In this document: in pieces, positions 33,350-46,081 of the stretch
How the letters are laid out: each line of letters starts with the position of its first letter
Position numbering within the stretch: the stretch's first letter is position 1
NCBI GenBank assembly: GCA_964016885.1
Contig: OZ024741.1
Location: 52,886,001-52,950,000, forward strand
Reading direction: 5' to 3'
Length of the DNA stretch: 64,000 nt
Source: Eledone cirrhosa
Lineage: Eukaryota
Notes under the pieces: model-generated
Seen by the model: only the letters and a program-made list of their open reading frames with translations
Database searches by the model: none
Told to the model about the DNA's origin: nothing
Program-made: the position numbers and the translations under genes

Positions 33350-34200
33350 TAGAAGACCAAAGTCTTATACAAGAGCAGTATCACACCAAACCATTATATA
33401 AAACCAGTATAAGAATCATATACGTATGACCAGTATCAAACTACTCATCTATATGTGACCCTTATAATGCCAAAGAATTATATATGACCAGTATATGAGC
33501 AAAGAAATATATGAGACCAGTCAAGAACTAAAGAACGATATAAGACAAGTATAAGACCAATTTAAGACCAAATAATTATATATGACAAGTATAAGACCTA
33601 ACATCTATATATGACCAGCATGATACCAGTCTAGGACCAAAGTACTATATATGACGAGTGTAAGACCAGCATAAGACTAAACATCTATATGACCAGTATA
33701 AGAGCAAGGGACTATATAAGACCAGTCTAGGATCAAAATACTATAGATGACCAGTCAAAACAGAGAACTGTACAAGACCAGTTTAAAACAAAAGAATTAT
33801 ATATGAACAGTATAAGGCTGTATGAGACAAAGAAACTATATACGAATAAGTCAAGTATAAAACCAAAAAACTATCTAAGATTAGTGTAAGATCAAAGAAT
33901 TATATAAGACTAGTGTAAGACTAAGGAACTATATAAGACCTGTATAAGACCAACATGGTATATAAGACCAGTATAAGACCAAGGAACTATATAAAGTCAA
34001 TATAATGCTAAGGAACGGAACCTTATAACAGCAGTGTAAAACCAAAGAACTATATAAAATTAGTATTAGAGCAAGATACTATATAAGATCAGTACAAGAC
34101 CAAGGTAGTATATAAGACCAGTATAAGATGAGTATAAATCAAAGAATTATATAAGACTAGTATAAGACCTTTAGTAACCATGTGATTTGTATAAGTTCTA
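33350..34200. repeat. Degenerate ~29-bp minisatellite (TATAAGACCAG-TATAAGACCAAGGAACTA)
   Basis: Recurrent TATAAGACCA at alternating 11- and 18-bp spacing (e.g. 33961, 33972, 33990). Confidence 0.8.
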
Positions 34201-34234
34201 TATAAGAAGAGTGTCTTTAAAATAATCTATATTA

Positions 34235-34335
34235 TTGATTTTCGACATGAGCACAGGGCCTTAAATTTGGAGGAAAGGAGCAGTCGACTAAACCGTTCCA
34301 GTATTTCACTGGTACTTTATTTTATGGGACCCGGT
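34235..34335 (-). mobile_element. SINE 3' fragment (family of 45663-46070)
   Basis: gcacagggcc...gtcgactaaacc...actggtactttattttat resembles the reverse complement of the 45.7-kb SINE body. Confidence 0.55.
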
Positions 34336-34667
34336 AGGCAAACTGGGCAACTGCTGGATTCAGCTCCTCTCATTCACTATACAAATTGCTGAATCCACTC
34401 GGCATATAAGAGGGTAGATTCTAACTAAATACAATTTACGAAGGAGCAGTCAAATTTGGAATGGGTCGATCAAAATGACCATGAAATGTTTTCATAGCCC
34501 CAAAGGGTGATAGATGTCCATCTAACGTTGAAACTTGTTGTATACATGTAGATAAGTAAGATACAGGAGTTGTGTCCACACACGCGCTCACACTCATACG
34601 CATACGCACATTCACACACACACATACATATATATATATATACATTCATACATACATATGCGTGTAT

Positions 34668-34718
<51 letters not shown>

Positions 34719-34795
34719 GCATACACACACACACAGACACACACACACATATATATATATATACATGCACACACACACACACACACAGATATAAA

Positions 34796-34835
<40 letters not shown>

Positions 34836-34887
34836 TTAATAAAAACAATGAATAAAAACAAAGAAACAGTTCCTTATATTAAAAAAT

Positions 34888-35025
34888 TCATCATTTTACG
34901 ATCGTTTCTAGGATATATATGTGTGTGTGTTGGTATGTATATTATATAGATCTATGTAAAAAATTTACAAACTATCAGAGGGAATATACATACCTACACA
35001 GATATATGCTGTCTTCAGAAATAAT
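34888..35025 (-). ncRNA. Hammerhead ribozyme with long stem II (copy in sense with the PLE ORF; outer stem I interrupted by a SINE)
   Basis: Inverted twin of 37376-37513. Confidence 0.65.
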
Positions 35026-35203
35026 TGTTTCTACTTTAGGCACAAGGCCAGCAATTACCCAGTGTATTACTGGTACTTTATTTAATCGACCCCGTAAGGG
35101 TGAAAGGCAAAGTCAACCTCGGCGGGATTTGAACTCAGATCGTAAAGGGACGTAACTATGCTGGAAAGCATGGCGTCCGACCCTCTACCGATACTGCCAA
35201 TCC
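35026..35203 (-). mobile_element. tRNA-derived SINE inserted into the left pLTR arm, TAAT target duplication
   Basis: Absent from the right arm; TAAT at 35022-25 and 35204-07; homologous to the SINEs at 45663-46070. Confidence 0.85.
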
Positions 35204-37375
35204 TAATGATATTTGTTTATTGAAAAACACCAACAAAGATTTAATATAATAGGTTTGTTTGGGAACAGGTTTTGAATTGACCAATAGAAGAGTAGTAAGT
35301 GGTCAAGTTGATAGAATAGTAGTAGTAGAAATTTAATTTAGGGGTAGAGGAATGCAGACTTCAGTTTTGAATGGAAATAATACTTTGAATGAAAAGATTA
35401 CTTTTGGGATGAAAAGAGGTGAAGCCGGTGAAAGGTACACGAAAATTTGATGTTATTAAAGAATAATGCTAATGTTAAAATCGAAGGAGAATAAAATTTT
35501 ACGATAAATGTGTTAGTGAGAAATATCAATCTTATTTAAAACATAAGGTATTTAGATCTATAAAAAGAAATTAAATTAATTTAATTGATAGGTATACTTA
35601 TAGGGATACATTTATATTAATTCATATAGATGTGATAAATAAGAGTTAGATGTTATTAAAGAATCTTGTTAAAAAAGAAGGAAAAACAAATTTGGGGGGA
35701 TAAATGTATTAGTGAGAAATAATCTTATATAGACTACAAGGAATTTAGATTCATAACAGGAAATTAAAATAGTTTATATGTATACTTATAGGTATTAATT
35801 TTAGGAAAAGATAGATGTAAAGGGGAAATAAAATTATGAAGTTCTCAGTAGTAAAATACTAATTATAGGTTAACTAAATAAAAATAAAAAAACTAATTAT
35901 AATAATTTGTAAAATAAAAGTGTATATTAATTAGGTTTATAATATTTGAAAGTTCTTCTAATTCTATGATTGCACGATATAATTAATTCCTGTCGCTTAT
36001 TTAATAGGATATCCTTAGATTTCATTATTTCAAAAAGGTTCTGGGAACATAATCTACACTCATATCTGTTATTTTGATAAGGGGTGGCCCTTTTGAGCAC
36101 ACTCCAGGTCAGGTTATAGTCGATATTCTTTTTTCTATAATTATTAATTATTTCAGCCAAGGATGTTGTATTAGCTAATGCGGCATTTTAAAAAACTGTG
36201 TTTGTGGGTATTAAATCTTACTTTAAATTGGTTAGAAGTAGCTCCTATATATGAATAAGTTGAGTCCTTAGTGCTAATTTTACATTTATATACTATGTTA
36301 TTAATAAGGCAATTTCCTTTTAATGGGCAATTTCTACAGTTACAACCATTCGTGCATATTATATCAGGGGAGTTAGTCAAATTAAGTGTGGTATTTACTC
36401 GACTTGTTGTATGTGAAGGAGGAGATAGTGGTTTCCTGCGGTTTATTTTAGTATTATGGTTAGTTTGATGTGTTGGTGGTATATTCATGTTTTTTTTTAC
36501 ATTTATATGTATTGTAGGCACTTATATTTTGTTGTATATTTTTGGTAGTGGAGTAGGAAAATTTGACCGTTCATCTATTTAAAATCTGATGGTATTTATG
36601 GTTTGGCGGGAAGTTTTTCTCTAGGATAGTAAAAAGTTTTTTAGGGATATTATCTTTAATTTGTAGATTAAATGGAGCATTATACCAAGTAACTCGTCTA
36701 TTACGGTTTCGATGTTGTTTTTTTTTAATTTTTATACGATGTATCCTGATGTTTACTAAGAAAGTAAGTATTAGTGAATTTATTATACATATGTTTAGTT
36801 AGATTCACTGATTTAGGTGTTTTAGTCTGATTATTAGGAACTTTGTTAGTAATGTTATTAACATATATTGGAGTATTAGGCTGAATGGTTTTTTGAAAGT
36901 TATTATATTGTATGTGAGAAGAGGTAGAGAAATTAAGTTTTAAGTTGGTATTTTTGGGTATAGTGTAAGTGGCATTTAGGTGTGGGTTTTTCATTTGGTG
37001 TTTGTTGGTAATATTGGGTTGTATGTTTGTAGTATTATTGTTACAAGGTATATAGACTAATTTGTTTTTGTGGCCGCTTCTAGCTAAAGCTTCGTTATAA
37101 AAGGTCACATTTTTATCGAATACATCCTGGTTAGATGAAATGTTAGAAATTCTGAGTGAGATATTATATGCTAGGTTTTTAAGGATAGATCTAGGGTGAT
37201 TGGATTGTGAGTGTATGTAATGTAAGTTTTGGTTAGGTTTATGGTAAGGTTGGTAGATACTACTACTATTCTATCAACTTGACCATTTACTACTCTTCTA
37301 TTGGTCAATTCAAAACCTGTTCCCAAACAGACCTATTATATTAAATCTTTGTTGGTGTTTTTCAATAAACAAATA

Positions 37376-37513
37376 TCATTATTTCTGAAGACAGCATATA
37401 TATGTGTAGGTATGTGTATTCCCTCTGATAGTTTGTAAAATTTTTACATAGATCTATATGATATACATACCAACACACACATATATATCCTAGAAACGAT
37501 CGTAAAATGATGA
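37376..37513 (+). ncRNA. Hammerhead ribozyme with ~100-nt stem II and palindromic minimal stem III
   Basis: Stem I UCAUUAUUU/AAAUGAUGA (9 bp, one G-U); CUGAAGA at 37385-91; stem II pairs AUAUAUAUGUGU/ACACAUAUAUAU and GGUAUGUGUAU/AUAUACAUACC; GAA-ACGAUCGU-A at 37493-37504. Confidence 0.7.
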
Positions 37514-38420
37514 ATTTTTTAATATAAGAAACTGTTTCTTTGTTTTTATTCATTGTTTTTATTAATTTATCTTGACTCTGTTTTCCTGTGATTTTCATCG
37601 AAAACATTTTTGAATACATCTTTTCTTTTCATGATATTTGGATTCATTTGAGTTCTTCATACGGATTGGACACTACCGTATATTTTGGTAGATTTATCTA
37701 CATATATATATCTATAAGTATTGAAGTTTCCGTTGAAAATAGAAAAAGTCATAGGAGTGAAGAGTGCTCTATGTAAGTACCAGAGCAAAGTTTAATGTAT
37801 AATAAACAATACAATATAATTACCTCATTACCAGAGGTTTCCCGAATAAGACGAATACGAAAGAAACGTCCTCATTCGTTCGTCGGACAAGGCAATATAA
37901 AACATAGTGAAATATTTGGAAAGTCTCCTCAAGAAATGCAAAAAAAATATATATATATAAATAAAAGCAATGCAATAGACATATAAAATATATAAAAAAA
38001 TATAAGGAAATATAGTTAGATATGTGTATATGTATGTATATACACTCACAAATGTACATATGTATGTACAAATGCGTGTGTATGGTGAAAATGTGTGCGT
38101 AAGTACATATATGAGGGCAAGTATATTTGTGTATATGTAACCACAAATACGAATATAATATTAGTTGAAAAAGAAAAAGAAAAAGAAATTGATAATCTAG
38201 TTGACACGCATCCAGAAAACAGGTATTAGATACACAATGAGTATGAAAGCACGCGTATAAACACACACACACGCGCAATCAGTTATATGCGGAAGATAAA
38301 GAGGGAAGGGAGTGTAATAGTTAAAAGAAAGTGTCATTCTCGATACATGTATAAAAATGATACAGTATATGAGAAAGAAAAAAATGTTAAATGAAAGAGA
38401 AAGTAATCGATTAACACTAG

Positions 38421-38545
38421 AGAAAAGAAAAGAAAAGAAAAGAAAAGAAAAGAAAAGAAAAGAAAAGAAAAGAAAAGAAAAGAAAAGAAAAGAAAAGAAA
38501 AGAAAAGAAAAGAAAAGAAAAGAAAAGAAAAGAAAAGAAAAGAAA
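38421..38545. repeat. (AGAAA)n pentanucleotide microsatellite
   Basis: About 25 perfect units. Confidence 0.97.
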
Positions 38546-39259
38546 ACAAAACAAACAAGGTACACGCGTACATACACATACATCTATAAAAAAAAAGATA
38601 TATATATACACGCAATACGTACAGACAAAAGCGTATGCATGCGTACATACATACACAGGATGCACGTATATATATATACATACATATCGCCCCATGTATA
38701 TCTAATCATACGTACGTACGCGACTGTATATATATATATATATATATATACATACATATACATATATATACACGCACACATACACACCCATACATACAAT
38801 ATATACACACATACACACAAACATATTCACGTACATTGACCCGCTTACACGTACACACATAAAAATAAGAATGTAAAAAACAGATATAAAAACACAGATA
38901 TAAAAGCACACATACATACACATATATATACACGCACGCACACGCGCATACGAAGGCGTTCGTGTACATATACAGAACGTATACACACATAAAGACGCTC
39001 AGACACATAGATACAGTGTGTAAAGCAAGCCTTATCAATATATGAGTACAAATATAAAAATATAAAATTGGCTGCGAAATAACAGAAAATATCTGGTGTG
39101 GAAAACGCAAGTGAACTGTTTAATCAGGTAGTAAAGAAAATAGGGAAGTAAAATGTGGAAAGTGAAGATATTAGGTAAGTGAATCGAAGAATAAAGGGGG
39201 GGGGGGTTACTGGTGGATGTGAGGTAAAAATAAAAATAAAAATAAAATTAATAATAAGG

Positions 39260-39310
<51 letters not shown>

Positions 39311-39967
39311 TTATATATAAGTTGTATATGTTTATTTATAGATATATTAAGCGCACGTGCAAATAGCCCTATGTATACACATATACACATGCTACACGCA
39401 TACATGCAGCTACATATAGACACAGATACAACAGAATATAGGGATAAATGATGTCACATTAGTGGTCAAGTGAACAGACCATAACATACAATACACCTAT
39501 TTATATTCCTGCTTCATTTAGTATGTCACTGACTCTAATTAACTCTACTTTGATTAACTGACAAACAAAGAGATGACTGAGTGAACAGCTTCGATATCTG
39601 CCCATGGGTAGATGGAGTGGCGGTGGTGTGCATGCGTAGATGGAGTGGCGGTGGTGTGGTGCCTGTGAATATGTTAATGGTGGTACATATAGTGTAATGT
39701 CAGGCGATTTGAAAATTAATATTACTTTAAGGAGGAATGGTTCGAGGGTGAATTGACTATTATTATTATTATTTATCTGTTCAGACGTCTTTTTGCTCGC
39801 TCCCAGTAAGTCGCTTAATTTACGTGTTATAATTATTTGTTATTTAATTTTTCTTGTTGTGTAAGAGATATAAGCCCTTGGACTTTGCCCTGTGAAGGCG
39901 AAAGTATAATATTTGGGCCTTTTGGCCCAAATATTTGAACATTTTACTTTTAAAAATAAAAAAAAAC

Positions 39968-41920
39968 ATGGCTGAGCGACGCCCCCCAGCAGTATGTCTG
40001 CTGTCGTGTGACAACGGCATAAAAGTTGAGAGGAGGGTTACAGAAATTTATACAAAAATCACCACCACAAACAACGTGAAGAAAGACAACACTGTGAACA
40101 CTAATTTAAAAAAGATTACCACACCAACTACAACAATAACAGCGACAACCAAGATACAGACAACAGAAAAAAATGACAACAAATGAAACAACGATCTTAA
40201 CACGACTAACGAGAAAATAAACAGCGACAACACCAACAGCAACAATACAAATTGCACCGAAAACAACAACGGTGGCACCGAAAACACAGCCAACTACAAC
40301 AGTGATAACAGCAACAACAACAACACCGTTTGTAGCAGTAACAACAGCAACAGCACCTACAACAAGACTAGCAGTAGCGGCAGCAATAATGGTGCCGCTG
40401 AAAAAGGGGCCACTTCTTTCGCAGGTGCTGCCCGAAATATAGAGACAGTGCTAGTCACGGAGGATGAGATGGCAGTCGCAAGAGCCATGGTGTCGAGAAA
40501 CGACAATAGAGTTTCCCTGAAACCTCCACCCGATTTCTTCAAAGACCAGCAGCTGCGCAAGGTGATTTACCGCACCGTAAGCAAAATGACACATCGAGTG
40601 GAGAGATCCACGGAGGCTCAAATCCAAAAGGCCTTGGGGTGCGTCTGGGCGCGCAAAACCAATATCACCCGAGGCAAAAAATACGCCACAGGAGACATAC
40701 TTTTCGCCACCCTCCAAAGGCGAAGTCTCACTCTTTGGAAACCCTAAAGAGTGAAGAGATAGTCTTGGTGCCCTCTTACTGCGGGCAGAAAATTGTGAGG
40801 GTCAATGTAACCCTGGCTGGCCGCGTCTGTACTGGCTGGAATCGAGAAGACCACCATACTGCAAATACAGAGAATGGGAAAAGAGAACTGGTCAGGAATA
40901 GGCATGCAAATACTAATACAGACTGACGAGGAGTGCATCGAGACCATCCCAGACATTATAGATCTCGAAGAAGAGCTCCAACTCCCTATAAGTGTGGTAG
41001 GAAGGCGCCCAAAGTGCTATTTCTGTGGGCAGAAGGGTCACCTCAGGGCCTTCTGCCCGCAGAAGACACCAAAGAAGAGCCCCCGCCCCTCTTTCCGATG
41101 CCTGATCCGCTGCAATCAAGAGCAGGGCAGGCAACAGAGACAGAAGACCCTTCCATGGTGAGTAGGATGGCAACGTCCGTGGCACCTATACCAAGGTCAC
41201 GGACAACTAAAGCAGCGGCAGAAGTGGTGGCAACACCAACAGTCGCAGTAGCTACACCGGCGGCAAAATAGCCGGATCAGGCTCCACTACAACCACCAAC
41301 AGCAGTGGAGCTCATGCCCCTCCTGGACGCCGCGGGGTCCGACATAGAGTGTGAGGCGGGAGGGAAGTGGCAAACGGTCTGCCACAAAAAAACAAAAACA
41401 TTTAAAACCACTTACCTTCACCCTCCAAAAGCGAAAGCAGACAAAGGGGGGTAAAGGCTGCAAGGAGACTTGCGGCAACACCACCACCATCACCATCACC
41501 ACCACAAGCATCACCACCAACAACAGCCACACCACCACCAGCATCACCAAAACACCAACATCGCAAACACAACAAAAACACACACCTAACAGCAACAAAA
41601 TCGCCCCTCCCCGCAAAAAGTGCACAGCCATAAAAATGACAAAGAAAAAACTTTTACAACATATAAAGCAGCACACAGACGTCATAGAAGAAAAAAACTA
41701 CTACACCCCACCAACACTAAGAACTCTCCCGACAAACATAAGCATCATTGAAATAATCTCAATAGAACATTACAAACTTTTAAAGCAAAAATTCCCCAAC
41801 GCAGTTGGAGACTTCAGGGGGTCGGTTACCAAGAGGATATACACCGACATCCTCTTGGAAACACCCATAATCAGTCAAATGGACGGTTCTACTGTCCCTT
41901 CACCACACGATCAAGGTAAG
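39968..41920 (+). pseudogene. LINE ORF1 (gag-like CCHC knuckle, Asn/Thr-rich linkers), frameshifted
   Basis: ATG at 39968; VVGRRPKCYFCGQKGHLRAFCP at ~40993-41058; several stops. Confidence 0.75.
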
Positions 41921-41955
41921 TGATCCTTTCTCACTTACCCCGTTTCTCATCCAAC

Positions 41956-44900
41956 ATGGCCGTACTTAGAATAGGCAGTATAAATGCCGTGGCCTGGGGT
42001 CATCTTGGAACCAGGGTCACCTGCTCAACGACCTCAGGTCACTAAACATAGATGTGGTGGCCATCAGCGAGACCAGAATCTCCGAAGCACGAGCCTTCGC
42101 ACCGACCTTCGGCGGCTACGTTGTATACGCATCTCCCACCCGTCCAGGATCGGGGGGAGGGGTTGCCGTGCTTTTTCGGAAGGCTTGGATCTCGCCATAC
42201 AAACCATCTTCCTGGACCCAGAAGGTAAGTCGGTGGTGCTGGACGTGACCGGCAGCGAAGGCAATGCTCTCAGACTAGTAGCCGTCTACGCCTCATCAGG
42301 CCCAGGACGGCCAGATTTCTTCAGACGTCTAGAGAGCTTTCTTGGAACGTCCCGCTTTTTAGTGTTAGTGGGCGACTGGAACGGTATCTTAGATGCAAGC
42401 TGAGATTATGAGGGGCTAGTAGACAGGGCATGAGGGTGTAAAAGCCTCAACAACCTGCTCAGACGTTTTGAACTGTCTGACAGGTATAGGCTGGATTATC
42501 CGAATGTGTCAATGTGGACATGGGCAAATCGCATCGGGTTATCCAGATCGTATTTTGATAGGGTATTCTGTAGGGAAACACATAAGGCTAGTGTAGGTTG
42601 TCCACAATTTAAAGTAGTCGACTTCACGGACCACAGATTTGGGATCTGTGAAGTTGACTTAGACAGACTCCATAGGCAAGGACCCGGCTACTGGAAGCTA
42701 AACGCGTCGTTCCCGGCACGCAAAGCTTACAGAGACCGGATTAGCGAATTAGTTAAGCGTGCGTTGACGGGTGCGATCGTCAACAACAGGTGGTGGTTTA
42801 CCCTGAAAAGGACTATTAGAGTAGAATCGAGAAGGTTTAGCAAAGAAGTAGTGATAGAGGAAAATAGAGTAGAGGGAGAGTTAGTTAGAAAGCTAGAAGA
42901 GGTGTTTAGGACAGGCATCGCGACGGACGTGCTTGCTGCGAGATTGGCACTCGACCAATTCTTCAACGCAAAGCATGAAGGCTGCGTTATCAGAGCTGGA
43001 GCGCGTGCTCTAACACAGGAGGAGACGAAAGCCGTTCAATGGGCCCGAGTAGTGGAGGCGCGACGTGGCAACAAGTCCACAATTCGGTCTTTGTCTGATG
43101 AAAACGGGCGCATGTTGCTCGAACCCGAGCAGATGTATGCGGCTTTTCAACAGCACTTTGCTCAATTGTTCGGGGGCGGTGGCGATCAGGTTCGGAGTAT
43201 GGAAGTCGGTGCATACCTAGACGGTTGCCGAGGCTCTCGACAACCGCAGCGCAGTGCTGCGAAAGGCCGATAACAGCAGGTGAAATACGGGGCGTGATGT
43301 CTGACTGCACGAGGGGTAAATCGCCAGGTTTGGATGGTCTGCCCTAACGAGCTTTATGCGTATATGCCAGACTTGTTCGGCGACCTCTTGGCAGATGTCT
43401 ACTGCAACTGGCAGCAGAACGGGAACATTCACAGTTTTGTGAGCCGGGGAGCAGTGGTGCTGCTGAGCAAATACCCGAACAAGGGGGACGTTATAGACAA
43501 CTTCAGGCCCATAACTCTGCTAAACTCAGTGTTTAAGATTTTGGCCAAGGTGTTAACAAATATATTGGCGCTTGTCGTCGGTGATCTAGTGGGAGAGGGG
43601 CAGACATGCGCCATCCCGGACAAATCCATCAACCACAACCTCCATCTCATGTGATACATCATAGAGAGGGTGGTTAAGGAACCTGGCACGGAGGCTGATC
43701 AACTTGGATCAATCTAAAGCATTTGATAGGGTCGACCATCGGTACCTGGTTGTGGTCCTCAAGGCGGTCGGCTTCGGCCCGTATTTAGGGGGTGGATCGC
43801 TGCGATGCACAGCGACATCTGCTCGATTGTGAGGGTGAATGGTCACCTGTCGCAGCCTTTCAGCATCATGCACTCGGTCCGACAGTGTTGCCCCCTCTCA
43901 TCCCTCTTGTACGTACTGGTCCTCGAGCCGTTACTGCACAAATTTGAGACGATGAGGGGGTCCCACGCGAACTGGGTGCGGGAGATCCGTGTCATCTTAC
44001 GGCGACGACGTCACCGTGGTGGTGTCGAGCACCAAACACGTCCAGATGCACGGCACCACTCTCAAGGAATACGAAGCGGTGACAGGAGCAAAGATAAATC
44101 AGGAAAAGTCGGTGAGCTTGCAGCTCAGCACCTGGAGAGGCAAGTCCATGCCGTCATACAGCGTCGTGGGGCGCTGGACGGAAGTACCGGTTAAATTGCT
44201 CGGGGTCTGGTTCGGTCCGGACCACCAGATGGAGAAAAACTGGAGCGAGGTGACGAGCAGGGTGTCCTCTCTCACCCAGAAATGGGCCGAGAGGAGGCTG
44301 TCTCTGAAAGGTCGGGCGGAGGTGGCGAATGCGTATATAGCGTCCGTCCTCTGCAACCGCCTGACCGTCGTACCTTGCCCTCCCCCAACTCTGACAAAAG
44401 TGGAGCGCCTTCTCTTGCGCTTTTTGTGGATTTGCTGTCAACACCCGTTGCGTGGAGGACTAGGCATGCCGTGGCTGATGAAGCGCAATCATGCGCTGAG
44501 GCTGCGACATCTCTGTTGCTTCCTTGACGGTGAACAGGTGTGGTCGCCATTTGCCAGACGCTCCTTTCCCCAGCTCATCTCCTTGACAGAGCTGCAGTCC
44601 TGGATCAGGAAAAGACCGAGGGATAGCGCTTGGAAGCTGGAATGTCTCCAAACGCTCACCGCCTTCTACCAGCTGGGCAATAATATCGGTGGAACATCCA
44701 CCTCGGCGTTCTATAGAGGGCTAGTGGAGGGGAAAAGTGACGACGTTCTCGGGGAGACCCTGGGCGTCGAAGACGATCAGCTGTTCGATCTCTTTAAGAG
44801 AACTTTCAGACATGGGCCTATGGACAACTTTCAGAAATCCCTGTCCTGGCAGTGCTACCGGGGAGCGTTGCCGATTCGGGATAAGCTCTACAGGCACGGA

Positions 44901-45338
44901 GGTGCTGTCAGCCGAGCCTGTCCGAGAATCGCGCAGGGTCACGAAACTGTCCTGCATGCACTCGTTCAGTGCCCGAAGATTGCTGGCTTGTGGAGCTATG
45001 TCGAACAGCTGCTCTTGCGTGTAGGGCGGTTCCGGTTATCGACTGAGTCCATTGTGCAGATAGCCCCGTCCTCTTCCTTTAAACAGGAGGAAGGGCAGGC
45101 AGTCTTCATTTGCCTGGTGGCCATGGCGAAAGAGATTGTGTGGTGGACAATGTTGAAAGGGTTGAAGACGGACACTTTCCTCTTCGGCCAATCCCTGATT
45201 AACTTTTTCAAGTTTCACTTGAAGAGGAAAATCAGGGTAGAAAGACAAGTGATGTCTTCTAGTAAGTTTGTTGAAAGGTGGGTGAAAGTGGCGAGAATGG
45301 TCCGGGTGAACGGGGCCGCTCTGAATATACGTTTGTAG
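41956..45338 (+). pseudogene. LINE ORF2 (APE endonuclease plus reverse transcriptase), frameshifted
   Basis: MAVLRIGSIN, VVAISET, LVAVYA, LVGDWN, FDRVF, TDH, GPGYWKLN, FRPITLLN, DQSKAFDRVDH, SVRQCCPLS, YGDD, ETVLHALVQCP. Confidence 0.9.
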
Positions 45339-45662
45339 TTTGAGGAATGGGAAAAATTGAGAGAGGGCGCTTGCCCCGGTGGTCAGGAAGGCCGTGGTCT
45401 TTTGTGTGGTTTTCGTCACGGGTAACTCTCGGAGATTTCCCCTCTATTGGGGAATTTTTCATTGTTTCAATTTTCATTTTTATTGTATATATATATATAT
45501 GTTTCTATGTCTTTTGTTTCTTTTCTTATATACATAATAAAAATCTTTACACGCACAAAACGCTCATCGTACCGTCCTTTACTGTCCTGTGCCGTCTGTA
45601 ATGTTTTCTTGATGTCAGCTCTTGTGGCCAATAAAGAAATCATTATTATTATTATTATTATT

Positions 45663-46070
45663 TAGGACGGTGGATTGGCAGCATCGGTTGAAGGTCGGAC
45701 GCCATGCTTTGCAGCATAGAGTTACGGCCATTTATTGTCTGAGTTGAAATCCCGCCGAGGTTAACTTTGCCTTTCATCCTTACGGGGTTGATAAAATAAA
45801 GTACGAGTAACACTCTGGGGTCGATTTAATCGACTTTCCCCTCCCCATCATATTGCTAGCCTTGTGCCTATAGTAGAAACGATTAATATTTAGGACGGTG
45901 GATTGGCAGTATCGGGAGAGGGTCGACGCCATGCTTTGCAGCATAGAGTTAGGGCCATTTACGGTCTGAATTCAAAACCGCCGTGGTTAACTTTGCCTTT
46001 CATCCTTACGAGATCGATAAAATCAAGTACCAGTAACACACTGGGTCGATTTAATCGACTTTTCCTTCCA
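45663..46070 (+). mobile_element. Two tandem tRNA-derived SINEs (45663-45889 complete; 45891-46070 3'-truncated)
   Basis: Both begin TAGGACGGTGGATTGGCAG and share the GGTTAACTTTGCCTTTCATCCTTACG...GATAAAAT..AGTAC central domain (Nin/Deu-like, from memory). Confidence 0.85.
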
Positions 46071-46081
46071 CCTAGGCTAGG

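Larger units (their letters stand above)
34834..37700 (-). mobile_element. Decayed, 5'-truncated Naiad-like Penelope element (RT thumb plus GIY-YIG) bracketed by inverted pLTRs
   Basis: Frameshifted ORFs 35927-37108: FYNEALARSGH, CNCRNCPLKGNC, IVYKC...YIG...FKVRF, CRLC...LLNKRQELIISCNH, homologous to the 772-aa ORF; ~310-bp inverted arms at 34834-35327 (excluding the SINE) and 37258-37567. Confidence 0.9.
39775..45661 (+). mobile_element. Near full-length Tx1/L1-clade LINE, disrupted, with (ATT)n at both ends
   Basis: ORF1 with zinc knuckle, ORF2 APE-RT-Zn finger, 3' AATAAAGAAATC(ATT)n, and (TAT)n immediately 5'. Confidence 0.9.

Noticed and set aside
39608-39659. 23-bp direct repeat GTAGATGGAGTGGCGGTGGTGTG x2
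   Set aside because: Simple local duplication with no element between the copies.
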